42,992 nucleotides of DNA from a virus. This document shows, in pieces, positions 25,765-35,220 of the stretch. Where the stretch lies: the UHGV virus genome UHGV-0205696; one strand, given 5' to 3'. The translations under genes and the position numbers were made by a program. The notes under the pieces were generated by a model. That model did no database searches. It had not been told where the DNA came from and saw nothing but the letters and a program-made list of their open reading frames with translations. Position 1 is the stretch's first letter. Each line of letters starts with the position of its first letter.

Positions 25765-25790
25765 AGGCAGGTTTAATAACCTGTCTTTTT
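25765..25790 (+). terminator. Putative intrinsic terminator just upstream of terS
   Basis: AGGCAGGTT-taat-AACCTGTCT followed by TTTT. Confidence 0.6.
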
Positions 25791-25823
25791 ATTTTGTATG
25801 AAAGGTGGTGAGTATTACTTGCA

Positions 25824-26297
25824 ATGGCAAAAGGACAATATCAAAAGTGGCTAGAGAAAGAAAACCTTATCTTGCTTGAAGGGTGGAAGCGTAACGGTTT
25901 AACCGATGAACAAATCGCTCACAACATGGGTGTTAATCCCCGAACATTAGAACGTTGGAAGAAAAACCATAGTCAGATTTGTCGGGCTTTAAAAGTAGGA
26001 CATGACCAAGCTAACTTCATTATTGAAGGCCAACTATTCCGTAAGGCCATGCAAGGTAGTACCACCGCTATGATATTCTGGTTAAAGAACAATTGGCGAG
26101 ATAAGTATAACGATTCAGAACTATCACCAGAAGAACGTAAGCTGGCTACTGCTCGCATGGAGAAACTCAAAGCCGATACTCGTATCAGCAAGGCACGTGC
26201 TAAGGCTCTGGAAGACAACGGTCAAGATATGGAAGTTCTACTTGACAAGATGCTGGACACTATCATGAAGGAGGACAAGAAAGATGAGCCTAAGTGA
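25824..26297 (+). CDS. terS: Terminase small subunit
   Basis: GLTDEQIAHNMGV HTH, TTAMIFWLKN; precedes terL. Confidence 0.85.
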   Translation: MAKGQYQKWLEKENLILLEGWKRNGLTDEQIAHNMGVNPRTLERWKKNHSQICRALKVGHDQANFIIEGQLFRKAMQGSTTAMIFWLKNNWRDKYNDSELSPEERKLATARMEKLKADTRISKARAKALEDNGQDMEVLLDKMLDTIMKEDKKDEPK

Positions 26298-27558
26298 TTA
26301 TCTAGCACCTAAACAGTTAGAAGTGCTTCACACGTATCTGCACGATGACTTCGATATGCTTGTTCTAACTGGAGCCATTCGTTCTGGCAAGACGTTTATT
26401 GACAACTTACTTTTTATCTTTGAGCTGCGCCGAGTAGCTGAAATGGCTAAGGCCAATCACGATAAGCACCCGCAATATATTCTGGCTGGTGCATCGTCTG
26501 ACACGATTAGCAAGAACGTTATTATTTCATGCGAAAACCAGTTTGGAATTAACTTCAAATTAGACCGTCACGGGCACTATTCACTGTTTGGAGTAGACAT
26601 AACGCCAGTATCAACTAAGACACTCGGTGGCCTTGCTGGTGCTCGTGGGTTCACTTCGTACGGCGCTTATGTCAACGAAGCAACGCTTGGCGTTGAGCCT
26701 GTGTTTCAGGAAATTCAGCAGCGATGTTCAATTGATGGCGCAAGATTGATTGTAGATACAAACCCGGACAACCCGGAACACTGGTTCAAGAAGGACTATC
26801 TGGACAATAAGAACCCGAAGACGCGAATGCTTCAATTCCATTTCACGATTGACGATAATACGCACTTGTCGAAGCGGTACATTGAAGGTATCAAGGCTCG
26901 GACACCGTCTGGGATGTTCTATGAACGTTCCATTCTTGGACTTTGGGTAAGCGGTGATGGTGCGGTTTACCGTGATTTTGATGAGCGCAAGATGGTTGTT
27001 CATGATGATGAAATTAAAAGCATCAAGAAGTATGTCGCTGGAGTTGACTGGGGTTACCAGCACTACGGCTCGATCGTTGTGTTTGGGCTTGATGATGCAG
27101 ATAACTGGTATCTGGTTGAAGAGCATACCGAACAGTACAAGGAGATCGACTACTGGACTAAGATTGCTCACCAGTTACAGAAAAAGTATGGCCGAGAGAT
27201 GCCGTTCTACTGTGATACAGCAAGAACTGAACACATCGACCATTTCAAACACGAAGGTATTAACGCTCAGTACGGATGGAAATCAGTTGTGCCGGGTATT
27301 GAAATAGTGGCTCGTCAAATGAAGACAGGCCACTTTTTTGTTAAACGAAGTGCGCCAGTGAAGTTCCTTGATGAAATCTACAACTACCGCTGGGACGACA
27401 AGACGGAAGATGCGGTCATTAAGGAAAACGACGACTGTATGGACGCTTGCCGCTATGCGATAGCTACGTATCTGCATATGAAAGAACGGAAGACATACCA
27501 CCCAGCAAGCAATGACCGTGAAGGCATTCTGCGTGGTATGCGTGAGTTAGGACTGTGA
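26284..27558 (+). CDS. terL: Terminase large subunit (PBSX family)
   Basis: GAIRSGKT Walker A, YVNEA Walker B, DTNPD, GVDWG, DDCMDACRY nuclease motifs. Confidence 0.95.
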   Translation: MSLSDYLAPKQLEVLHTYLHDDFDMLVLTGAIRSGKTFIDNLLFIFELRRVAEMAKANHDKHPQYILAGASSDTISKNVIISCENQFGINFKLDRHGHYSLFGVDITPVSTKTLGGLAGARGFTSYGAYVNEATLGVEPVFQEIQQRCSIDGARLIVDTNPDNPEHWFKKDYLDNKNPKTRMLQFHFTIDDNTHLSKRYIEGIKARTPSGMFYERSILGLWVSGDGAVYRDFDERKMVVHDDEIKSIKKYVAGVDWGYQHYGSIVVFGLDDADNWYLVEEHTEQYKEIDYWTKIAHQLQKKYGREMPFYCDTARTEHIDHFKHEGINAQYGWKSVVPGIEIVARQMKTGHFFVKRSAPVKFLDEIYNYRWDDKTEDAVIKENDDCMDACRYAIATYLHMKERKTYHPASNDREGILRGMRELGL

Positions 27559-27567
27559 GGTGACTAG

Positions 27568-29301
27568 ATGCTACAAGATAATCAAGAACTATATAATCGC
27601 TCGATTTTGAATGGTAAACGGTGGAACACGCAGGCAAATCAAACTTATGTTATGCCGGCGGATACGTTCCACCAAAAGTTCGATGGAAAAGATACCAAAT
27701 CGATTGCTAACGTGGTGCAAAAGTTTGTTGAGCGTCATTCAACGCAAGACGCGCCAAGAATCGCTAAGTTGCAGCGCTACTACCTGGGAGATAATGATAT
27801 TCACTACTGGCATAACAATAAGAAAGCGATGAACCGGGCAGACAATCGGATTGCTTCGGGTTTTGCTAAGTTCATTACTAATATGCGGGTCGGATATATG
27901 CTTGGCAAACCAATCCAATTCAAGTACAACGACGACGCTCAGACCGATGTCGATGAAAAAATTGACGGTGCACTCAAAGAGTTCAACCGTAAGAACGACG
28001 AACAGTATCATGAAAAAGTCATGAAAACCAATCTGTCAGTTACGGGTCGTGCTTATGAGCTGCTTTATTCAGGAGAAGCCGAAGAAGACGCCAAAGGTAA
28101 TGTTGCAACACCGGACGTAAAGATGAGAGCCATTGATCCGGCGACCGCGTTCGTGGTTTATGACACATCAATTGACCGGCATTCTCTGTTTGGTGTCCGT
28201 TACTATGTCGTTAACTATGATAATCAGGAGCAGTACTACGTCGATGTTTATACTGCTGACACAACTTATCACTTCAAGTCGGCTGGCATTAGTGCGGCAC
28301 CAAGTGGCAACTATACCTTGCTGTCGCAAGAAAGCACTAGCTTTGGAGCTGTTCCACTTACAGAGTTCGATAACAACGAAAATCGTACAGGTGACTGGGA
28401 AGCCAAGCTAGACGAGATCGACGCTTACGACCTGGCAATGTCTGAGATGGCTAACAGTGAGGAAGACTTTGCTAATGCAAAACTGATGATTAACGGTGAT
28501 TTTGACTGGTCCGACAACATGGTTGAGTTGAAAAATCCAGACGGTACACCAATGACTGATAATGACGGAAACGTGATTAAAGTTCCAAAAATCAGTACTA
28601 AAGACCCGTTCTTATGGTTAAAGCCTTCATTCCACGACAACGCCAATGGAACGACTGTGGTGCCTTCGTCTGCTCAGTATCTGACCAAGCAGCTCAATGA
28701 ACAGGGCTGGCAGACTTACATTAATCAGCTCATTACTGATATTCATAAGGACACCAACACGCCGAACACCACTGATGATGCTTTTAGTGGTCAATCTTCT
28801 GGGGTTGCCTTGATGTATAAGCTGTTTGGCGAGGACCAAGAGCGGTCAATGCAAGAGAGCTTGTATACTCGTGGAATCATGCGGCGACTTCGTTTACTTG
28901 GCAACTTCTGGGAAACCAATAAAGAAATTACTGATCCAGACGTGATGAATAACTACAAACCAGACTATACGCCTAACTTGCCACGTAATAACAGCGACAT
29001 TGTTAATATTGTGGTTCAGCTTAATAACACCGGCCTGTTATCTGACCAGACATTGCGGGAGTTCTTAGCGACCGTCACTGGTGTATCTGCTGACGCTGAG
29101 CAAGAACGTCTTGATGAGGAACGGGAACAAGACCCCGACCAAAACACCACTCCATTTGATAACGGACCATTGCAAGGCGCCAACCCTGCTGATTTAGCAG
29201 AAGCACGCCAACAAGCGCAACGAGAACAACCGCAACAACCAGAAAGCGCAGTGGACTTTGTAGCAAGATTACAGCGTGGCGGTGGTCATGATGCTAAGTA
29301 A
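27568..29301 (+). CDS. Portal protein (SPP1 gp6-like)
   Basis: YYLG, DNRI...F.K.I....GY.LGKPI, GRAYELLY, SGVAL.YKL motifs. Confidence 0.9.
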   Translation: MLQDNQELYNRSILNGKRWNTQANQTYVMPADTFHQKFDGKDTKSIANVVQKFVERHSTQDAPRIAKLQRYYLGDNDIHYWHNNKKAMNRADNRIASGFAKFITNMRVGYMLGKPIQFKYNDDAQTDVDEKIDGALKEFNRKNDEQYHEKVMKTNLSVTGRAYELLYSGEAEEDAKGNVATPDVKMRAIDPATAFVVYDTSIDRHSLFGVRYYVVNYDNQEQYYVDVYTADTTYHFKSAGISAAPSGNYTLLSQESTSFGAVPLTEFDNNENRTGDWEAKLDEIDAYDLAMSEMANSEEDFANAKLMINGDFDWSDNMVELKNPDGTPMTDNDGNVIKVPKISTKDPFLWLKPSFHDNANGTTVVPSSAQYLTKQLNEQGWQTYINQLITDIHKDTNTPNTTDDAFSGQSSGVALMYKLFGEDQERSMQESLYTRGIMRRLRLLGNFWETNKEITDPDVMNNYKPDYTPNLPRNNSDIVNIVVQLNNTGLLSDQTLREFLATVTGVSADAEQERLDEEREQDPDQNTTPFDNGPLQGANPADLAEARQQAQREQPQQPESAVDFVARLQRGGGHDAK

Positions 29302-30235
29302 GAAGCGCCAACGCGATATGATTAATCGGGTCTACGGAGCCGGTGGTCGATTTACTCGTGAGATTAGAAGAATGTACCGTATCGCTAATCGGCAAATTAA
29401 GGGCGAAATTAGTTCGTTTGTGGACAGCAAAGCTAATTGGTCAGGTAAGCCGTCAAACGACGATATACAGGAAGCTGTGGACGAATTAGCGCAGTTCAGC
29501 GATGATGTCAAACCACTGGTTAATTACTATGCTTCGTCATTGCTCCTTGGCCATCCGAAAAATGGGGATGTTGTAACGGCTCATATTGCCGTTCCCCTAA
29601 TTAAGGTTGCTGACCAGGTACAAGGCATGGTCAGTTTTATGGGTAATCATGCTCCAAAAGTTGTCCATGCTGCTAGTAGGGAACAGCACCGAGTTACTCC
29701 ACAACTGCATAAAATACCGTATAACTACGACGTTATGTTGCAACGGAGTGTGTCGAAGAGCGTTACCCAACGGGAACAAATCTCGACAAATATCAACCGT
29801 GATATTCAACAAACAATTTCACGAGTGCGTGATGTTTGCAAGCAGGCGTCACAAGATACTGACGCCCAACATGACTACTCTAAAGACGTTGACCGTATCT
29901 TAACAGGCAAAGATGGTAAAGGTGGAGCAAGTGCAAAAGCTCAAACCATTATGCGTACACAATCATGCAGGGAGTTAAGCGGATCACGAATTGACGATAT
30001 GAAAGCTCGCGGTGTGACGCGTTACCGGTTTATCTCACTAGAATCAAAAAACACTTGTTTGGAATGCTCAGAGATGGACGGTAATATCTATGAAATTGAA
30101 GATGCAGAAGAGGGCGTTAACTTGCCACCGATGCACCCCAACTGTCAATGCACCATTGAACCGGTAGAAGATACCGACACTGATGATTTACCGTCGCTTG
30201 ATGAGATGATGGACAACCCAGATTTGTTTGAATAG
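29288..30235 (+). CDS. Minor head protein (SPP1 gp7/MuF-like)
   Basis: TC..C..MDG...PPMHPNCQC. Confidence 0.85.
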   Translation: MMLSKKRQRDMINRVYGAGGRFTREIRRMYRIANRQIKGEISSFVDSKANWSGKPSNDDIQEAVDELAQFSDDVKPLVNYYASSLLLGHPKNGDVVTAHIAVPLIKVADQVQGMVSFMGNHAPKVVHAASREQHRVTPQLHKIPYNYDVMLQRSVSKSVTQREQISTNINRDIQQTISRVRDVCKQASQDTDAQHDYSKDVDRILTGKDGKGGASAKAQTIMRTQSCRELSGSRIDDMKARGVTRYRFISLESKNTCLECSEMDGNIYEIEDAEEGVNLPPMHPNCQCTIEPVEDTDTDDLPSLDEMMDNPDLFE

Positions 30236-30260
30236 GTTAACGGATTTCAAATCCGTTAAC
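30236..30260. repeat. Perfect 12 bp-arm palindrome
   Basis: GTTAACGGATTT-C-AAATCCGTTAAC. Confidence 0.75.
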
Positions 30261-30266
30261 GTAATG

Positions 30267-30296
30267 AAGAGGACTCTCACGGGTTCTCTTTTTTTA
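30267..30296 (+). terminator. Putative terminator upstream of the scaffold gene
   Basis: AAGAGGACTC-tcac-GGGTTCTCTT followed by a T run. Confidence 0.55.
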
Positions 30297-30400
30297 TTTT
30301 GACTTTGGCGGTCTAAAAGTCGTTAAAGAATTAGGCTTGTTTCGCCGCCGGGCGTTAAACGAGTTTAGCTGGCGAGCGTTAAACGCAAAGGAGATTACTT

Positions 30401-30997
30401 ATGGAAGAACAAGAACAACCAAAAGTAGAGAACGAACAACAAGAACATCAACAAGGCTCAGAAAAAGAAGCTCAAAAGACTTTTACCAGAGATCAAATTG
30501 GAGCAATGGTTGATGCTCAAGTTAAAGCCAAGTTAGATGATATTAATTCATCATGGCAAAGCAAACTGGATGATGCGGTCGCTAAAGCTAAGGAAGATGG
30601 TAAAGCGGAAGCCAATATGTCTGCTAAAGAACTTGCTGAAAAAGAAGCCAAAGATCGTGAAGATAAGTTAAAGCAACAAATGGCTGACCTTGATAAACGC
30701 CAACACGAATTAGACCACCGCGACCACATTTCACACACAAAAGATTTACTAGCTGAACAGAACCTACCAACTTCATTGGCGGAAATGCTATTGGGTGAAA
30801 CCGAAGAAGAAACCAAGTCAAACATTGAAACCTATAAGAACTTGGTAGCACAAGGGGTTCGCAATGAACTCCATCGATCGTCTGCTGGTAAGGCTCCGCA
30901 AAGCGGTGCTCCTGCTCAACCACAAGCTCCAATGAAAGATATTTCTGAAATGACTTACGAGGAAGCTCAGAAATATATTGAAAGCCAAAATCAATAA
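30401..30997 (+). CDS. Head scaffolding protein (DUF4355-like)
   Basis: KTFTRDQI motif; acidic coiled coil; precedes the capsid gene. Confidence 0.85.
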   Translation: MEEQEQPKVENEQQEHQQGSEKEAQKTFTRDQIGAMVDAQVKAKLDDINSSWQSKLDDAVAKAKEDGKAEANMSAKELAEKEAKDREDKLKQQMADLDKRQHELDHRDHISHTKDLLAEQNLPTSLAEMLLGETEEETKSNIETYKNLVAQGVRNELHRSSAGKAPQSGAPAQPQAPMKDISEMTYEEAQKYIESQNQ

Positions 30998-31017
30998 TCG
31001 AAAGGAAGGTTTAATCT

Positions 31018-31887
31018 ATGGCTACACCAAGCGCAACTAACTATACGCACTTTGCCGATATGCTAGACCCACAAGTTTTGGCTCCAATGATCGGCGCTCA
31101 ATTATCAAAGTTAAATGTATTCACTTCTATCGCTCCTACTGACACTACTCTGGAAGGCAAGCCGGGCGATACAATCACTATTCCAAAGTACAAGTACACT
31201 GGCTCTGCTAAGGAATACGGTGAAGGTGAACAAATCAACTTCGATTCACTCCAATACACAACTCAACAGGCTAAAATCAAGAAGATCGTATCTGCTTACT
31301 CCATTTCCGATGAAGCGGCATTCATTCCTTACGGTGACCCTCGAACAGAAGCGGCACGCCAAATGGCTATGGCTTTAGCAACTTATGTTGATGATGATAT
31401 TCTTGCTACCGCTAAGACTGCTCCACTTCAAGTTAGTGGTAACACTCCAGACCAAATCGACTTGATTGACAACCTTGAAGATACATTTGCTAATGCAACC
31501 AACGCTATTGAAGGCGCAACTTATCCTCAACAAGGTGTTCTGTATGTTTCATACAAAGACGCGGCGGCATTACGTAAGTCTGCTGGTGATAACTGGACAC
31601 GAGCTTCTGACTTAGGCGATAACATCTTAATCAACGGTGGCTTTGGTGAACTGCTCGGTTGGGAAATTGTTCGGACTGCTAAGTTGACTAAGGGCCACGC
31701 TATTGCTGTTAAGCCTGGCGCTATGAAGACTTACTTAAAGCAGGCACCACAAGTTTATGCTTGGTACGATGGTGACCACCAAATCAACAAGGCTTCAACC
31801 ACAGAATACCTTGCTACTGCTATTTACAATGATGCTCTCTTAGCAACCATTGGATTTAGCAGTTCAACTTCTGGCCTTGACAAGTAA
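31018..31887 (+). CDS. Major capsid protein
   Basis: DPQVLAPMI...DTTLEGKPGDTITIPKY...GEG..I, ISDEA....YGDP. Confidence 0.9.
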   Translation: MATPSATNYTHFADMLDPQVLAPMIGAQLSKLNVFTSIAPTDTTLEGKPGDTITIPKYKYTGSAKEYGEGEQINFDSLQYTTQQAKIKKIVSAYSISDEAAFIPYGDPRTEAARQMAMALATYVDDDILATAKTAPLQVSGNTPDQIDLIDNLEDTFANATNAIEGATYPQQGVLYVSYKDAAALRKSAGDNWTRASDLGDNILINGGFGELLGWEIVRTAKLTKGHAIAVKPGAMKTYLKQAPQVYAWYDGDHQINKASTTEYLATAIYNDALLATIGFSSSTSGLDK

Positions 31888-31907
31888 TTAAGAAAGAGGT
31901 GGTCTGA

Positions 31908-32258
31908 ATGGAAGACACAAAGGTCAATGAACTTTTGACCACCGTTAAATTAGATAAGAATATTCAAGGCAACGACCTTGATATTTTATTATCAAACTTC
32001 ATCAAACAAGCGATTGAGATGGTCTGTTTGTATGTTGGCGAAGATGAATTACCAACGCAACTCGAAGTTGTGGTAATCAGAATTACTGAAGCTCACTATG
32101 TCCAATCAATGAATGATGCTGACGGAACGAAATCATACAGTGAAGAAGGCGCTAGTTGGACGTTCCAAGACAATGAACTCACGCCCTTTATCCCGTTATT
32201 GGAGCGGTATCTAGCTAACCAGAATACCGGTTCGCAAGGCGGTGTATGGTCATGGTAA
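31908..32258 (+). CDS. Head-tail connector protein (gp15-like)
   Basis: LP..LE.VV......Y.....DG.KSYSEEG.S..F. Confidence 0.8.
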   Translation: MEDTKVNELLTTVKLDKNIQGNDLDILLSNFIKQAIEMVCLYVGEDELPTQLEVVVIRITEAHYVQSMNDADGTKSYSEEGASWTFQDNELTPFIPLLERYLANQNTGSQGGVWSW

Positions 32259-32590
32259 GTCGCTTCATTCCGCTAGTGATAGGTGAAAAGTCAATCAAGC
32301 ATGGAACGTTGGATGATGAAGAAGTATGGAAGTACCAAGTCGTCAGGGCGCATGTTACCGAAGTCAACGGTGCGCAACTGCAAACCAATCTGTTTGGCAA
32401 GCAGTATGGCATGACGTGGATTGCACGAGTGCAGGGAAACATCAAAGCTGATTCAGTGTCGTTTATGAAGAACGGTGTTCCGGACGACCAGCTGCCAAAG
32501 TTAAAAGTTATCCAGGTCCGCAAACACGCTACTCGAACCGACTTATACTTCTCAGATGATTGCGAGGTGAATGCTGATGAGCTGGAATAA
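32246..32590 (+). CDS. Head closure/adaptor protein
   Basis: Size and synteny. Confidence 0.6.
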   Translation: MVMVSRFIPLVIGEKSIKHGTLDDEEVWKYQVVRAHVTEVNGAQLQTNLFGKQYGMTWIARVQGNIKADSVSFMKNGVPDDQLPKLKVIQVRKHATRTDLYFSDDCEVNADELE

Positions 32591-33104
32591 TGACAACGTT
32601 CCTAAAATCATCCTTGATTATGATGATAGCGAATTGAAACGGGGTATGGCAGAAATGTCAGCAACCCTTGATAAGAACGGTTTCGGTGATGGTGGCCGTT
32701 TGCTTCGCAATATGACGGCATTAGCTTCGGTCGGTGGCCAACGTGCCACTAACAAGGTAGCAGAACAGGCGACCAATGAAGTTCGTAGCCTTATGCGAGA
32801 ACGGCAGTATCGCCAACCGAGCTACCACCCTGGAATTAAAGCATTTGATCGCAAGGCTAACAGTCAGCGCATGGTTAACAATCTCAAAGACCATGTGGAA
32901 GGCAATCGACATGAGATTTATACTACCACTACTAATGGCGGGTATAACTACTCGCAGGCTTTTGAGTTTGGCTTGCTGACACGCAAGTATCCGGCTCACC
33001 ACCCATTTGAAGATGCCGCCAACCATCTTGGCTTAAAGCAGATGAATGGGGCGTTTGAGCAAAAAGTTGATAAAGCAATCAGAAAGGGGTTTGGCAATGG
33101 GTAA
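32577..33104 (+). CDS. HK97 gp10-like neck protein
   Basis: Y....EFG..T....AH.PF motif; synteny. Confidence 0.65.
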   Translation: MSWNNDNVPKIILDYDDSELKRGMAEMSATLDKNGFGDGGRLLRNMTALASVGGQRATNKVAEQATNEVRSLMRERQYRQPSYHPGIKAFDRKANSQRMVNNLKDHVEGNRHEIYTTTTNGGYNYSQAFEFGLLTRKYPAHHPFEDAANHLGLKQMNGAFEQKVDKAIRKGFGNG

Positions 33105-33498
33105 TCCGCCTTTCGTTGCGATTTATAAGTGGCTAGTCGAGAGCATTAAAGCGATGGGCATTGATACCTTCTCCGCTTCTCAAGATGTTCCGAAGAAAAT
33201 GCCAGTTTGTCGGGTACAAATGCTCAACAGCAACTCAACTAATCAGTTTAGTAATGCCCGCCAGTATAGTTACACATTTCAGATTGACGTCGTAGATGTT
33301 CAGAACGCGCTTGTGCGCAGTCTAACCAATGCGTACAAGATTATGCAGTTATGTAGGCAAATAGACGTCAGAGGATATGCTGTTGGCCTCATCGGTGAAC
33401 CATCGCTATCATCTATGGTTGACACCTCAACTAACCAGATTCTTAATCGTCAAATTATTAGAGCTAGTTTCGTAGTAATTGAAGACACGGCTTTTTAG
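33097..33498 (+). CDS. Tail terminator/completion protein
   Basis: Size; FQIDV motif; precedes the major tail protein. Confidence 0.6.
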   Translation: MGNPPFVAIYKWLVESIKAMGIDTFSASQDVPKKMPVCRVQMLNSNSTNQFSNARQYSYTFQIDVVDVQNALVRSLTNAYKIMQLCRQIDVRGYAVGLIGEPSLSSMVDTSTNQILNRQIIRASFVVIEDTAF

Positions 33499-33531
33499 TC
33501 GTGCCTTTTTGTTTAGAAAGGAATGATATAT

Positions 33532-34233
33532 ATGGCAGATGACAATCAAAAACCAATCGTAGAAGCTCACTCTTCTGACAAGGTTATGTACTACTACAAG
33601 GGCCCGTGGGAGCCTTTAGCTAATCCTTGCCATGTGTTAGGTACACAAGGCGCTACTTCCGGTACTAACACGGCGACGCTTGGTTCTACACCAACTAAGC
33701 AATTCAATATTAAGGACACCGGTTCAAAGAACCAGCAACGTGTCGTAAACGTCGTTATGACTAAAGGCGATGGATTCAAGACTGACGTTGCTCGTGACCT
33801 TTACATGGTATGGCAAGAAGGACTAACGATGCCTTTATGGCGTGTTGATTGGAACACTTTGCGTACTGTTGCAGGTAAACAAGTTGTTGACGCCGAGTAC
33901 TCTCAAGTTAAGATTTCAGCATTGCCAGAAACAGAAGCCCTCAACACTGCCGTTACTCAAAACGTTACGTTTGAAGTCACTGGTGAATCTCGCCGTTATG
34001 ACGCTAAGGGCCAGCCATTCACTTTATCCGCAGAAGACTTTGATGATGGTATCTTCACTGCAACCTTGAAGTACTACAACTTCACTAAGCCATCTCAAAT
34101 TGGTGCTGACGCTGACGGCAAGCTCGTCACTACTGCTGGCGATGACTCCACCGCTGGGGATGCTAATGGTACCGTTGCTATGGATCAGAAGCTCACTCCA
34201 GGGTCAAGTGCGAGTAGCCACGTCGGCGCTTAG
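33532..34233 (+). CDS. Major tail protein
   Basis: Synteny; size; GAAAGGA RBS; beta-rich sequence. Confidence 0.75.
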   Translation: MADDNQKPIVEAHSSDKVMYYYKGPWEPLANPCHVLGTQGATSGTNTATLGSTPTKQFNIKDTGSKNQQRVVNVVMTKGDGFKTDVARDLYMVWQEGLTMPLWRVDWNTLRTVAGKQVVDAEYSQVKISALPETEALNTAVTQNVTFEVTGESRRYDAKGQPFTLSAEDFDDGIFTATLKYYNFTKPSQIGADADGKLVTTAGDDSTAGDANGTVAMDQKLTPGSSASSHVGA

Positions 34234-34299
34234 TCATTCACCAAAAGCGTTAACAACAACAGAAAATCAGCCTACGGATAGCAACGTCTAAAGGCTTAA

Positions 34300-34335
34300 A
34301 GTCGCCACAGAAATAAACAATACGAAAGGGCGGCT
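34300..34335 (+). ncRNA. Putative cis-regulatory structured RNA, copy 2
   Basis: AGTCGCCacaGAAATAaACAATAC-gaaa-GGGCGGCT; homologous to 4358-4428. Confidence 0.5.
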
Positions 34336-34350
34336 GTTAGGAGGATTCAA

Positions 34351-34857
34351 ATGGATAGCTTAAAGATTAACGGTACTGACTACAAGATTAAGTTTGACCA
34401 CCGCTTTTACGAGCGGGTTCTATCAAACTTCGCCAAGAAGCACAAGGACGCCAATGTTGACGGCTTTAACCACTTAATCGCCGGGCTAATTGATGAAGAC
34501 CCGGATTCAGTTGTCGAAGCATACCGGTGTGCAATCAGTGGCAAGAACCTGCCTACTGCTAATGATGTATCAAATGCATTAGACGAGGAGGGTGTCTTTG
34601 ATGATAAGAATCTTTATTCTGACGTCTTCAATCAAATCAAGTCTTCTGGTTTTTTAGCGAAGAAGGTCGCTCACTTGCTCAAGTTGCTTCACAAAGACTG
34701 GAAAGACTCCGAAATCGCTTTGCAAGTCTTTACCAACACCGGGAACAAGAGCGACAAGGACTACAAGAAGAATCTGCAGGAAGCCCGAGTAGAAGTGGCA
34801 GTCCGGAAACGTCAGTGGGAACTGGCGAAGGATCAACTAGCACAGCTCAGCAAGTAG
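34351..34857 (+). CDS. Tail assembly chaperone (G-like)
   Basis: LKING.DYKIKF N-terminus; between the major tail protein and TMP. Confidence 0.8.
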   Translation: MDSLKINGTDYKIKFDHRFYERVLSNFAKKHKDANVDGFNHLIAGLIDEDPDSVVEAYRCAISGKNLPTANDVSNALDEEGVFDDKNLYSDVFNQIKSSGFLAKKVAHLLKLLHKDWKDSEIALQVFTNTGNKSDKDYKKNLQEARVEVAVRKRQWELAKDQLAQLSK

Positions 34858-35204
34858 CTGATGATTTCCGTGAATCCATGCTGATGAGGCTTCGTGATAT
34901 GAATGAGGTAGTCGGTAAGACAACTCTTGACGAAGTTTACAGCATGACACCAAAAGAACTTGACTACACGCTTGCTGGTGGCTATCAGCGAAGCTACGAT
35001 CGTTTGCAGGACATGATGTTCGCTTTAAGCAATACGATTGTGCCTACGGCATTTATTGACCCGGCTAAATTTGATTTCGGCCAAGCGGATAAGAGCTTGA
35101 AAGAACGTCGAGAAGCCGTTTTGTCGCTGACTGACAAGAAGGTTAAAGCAGAACGTGAAAAGAAGCAGAAACAGCAACAACGGTTTATTGACCTGTTGAT
35201 GTGA
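34351..35204 (+). CDS. Tail assembly chaperone G-T fusion via -1 frameshift at 34650-34656
   Basis: In-phase T TTT TTA heptamer; the -1 frame has no stop from 34623 to 35204. Confidence 0.7.
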
Positions 35205-35220
35205 AAGAAGGTGGAAGCCA

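Larger units (their letters stand above)
24960..25790 (+). ncRNA. Long structured non-coding region with several tRNA-like elements
   Basis: No credible ORF; many stems; 3-4 T-arm motifs; ends in a terminator. Confidence 0.5.

Noticed and set aside
25610..25801. 63 aa ORF upstream of terS
   Set aside because: TTG start without an RBS; runs through hairpins and a terminator; not an HNH nuclease
34100..34291. Possible +1 frameshift extension of the major tail protein
   Set aside because: The stop context is GCT TAG rather than the CCC TAA/TAG shift site known from SPP1-type tail genes, and the extension would add only ~19 aa with no Ig-like domain
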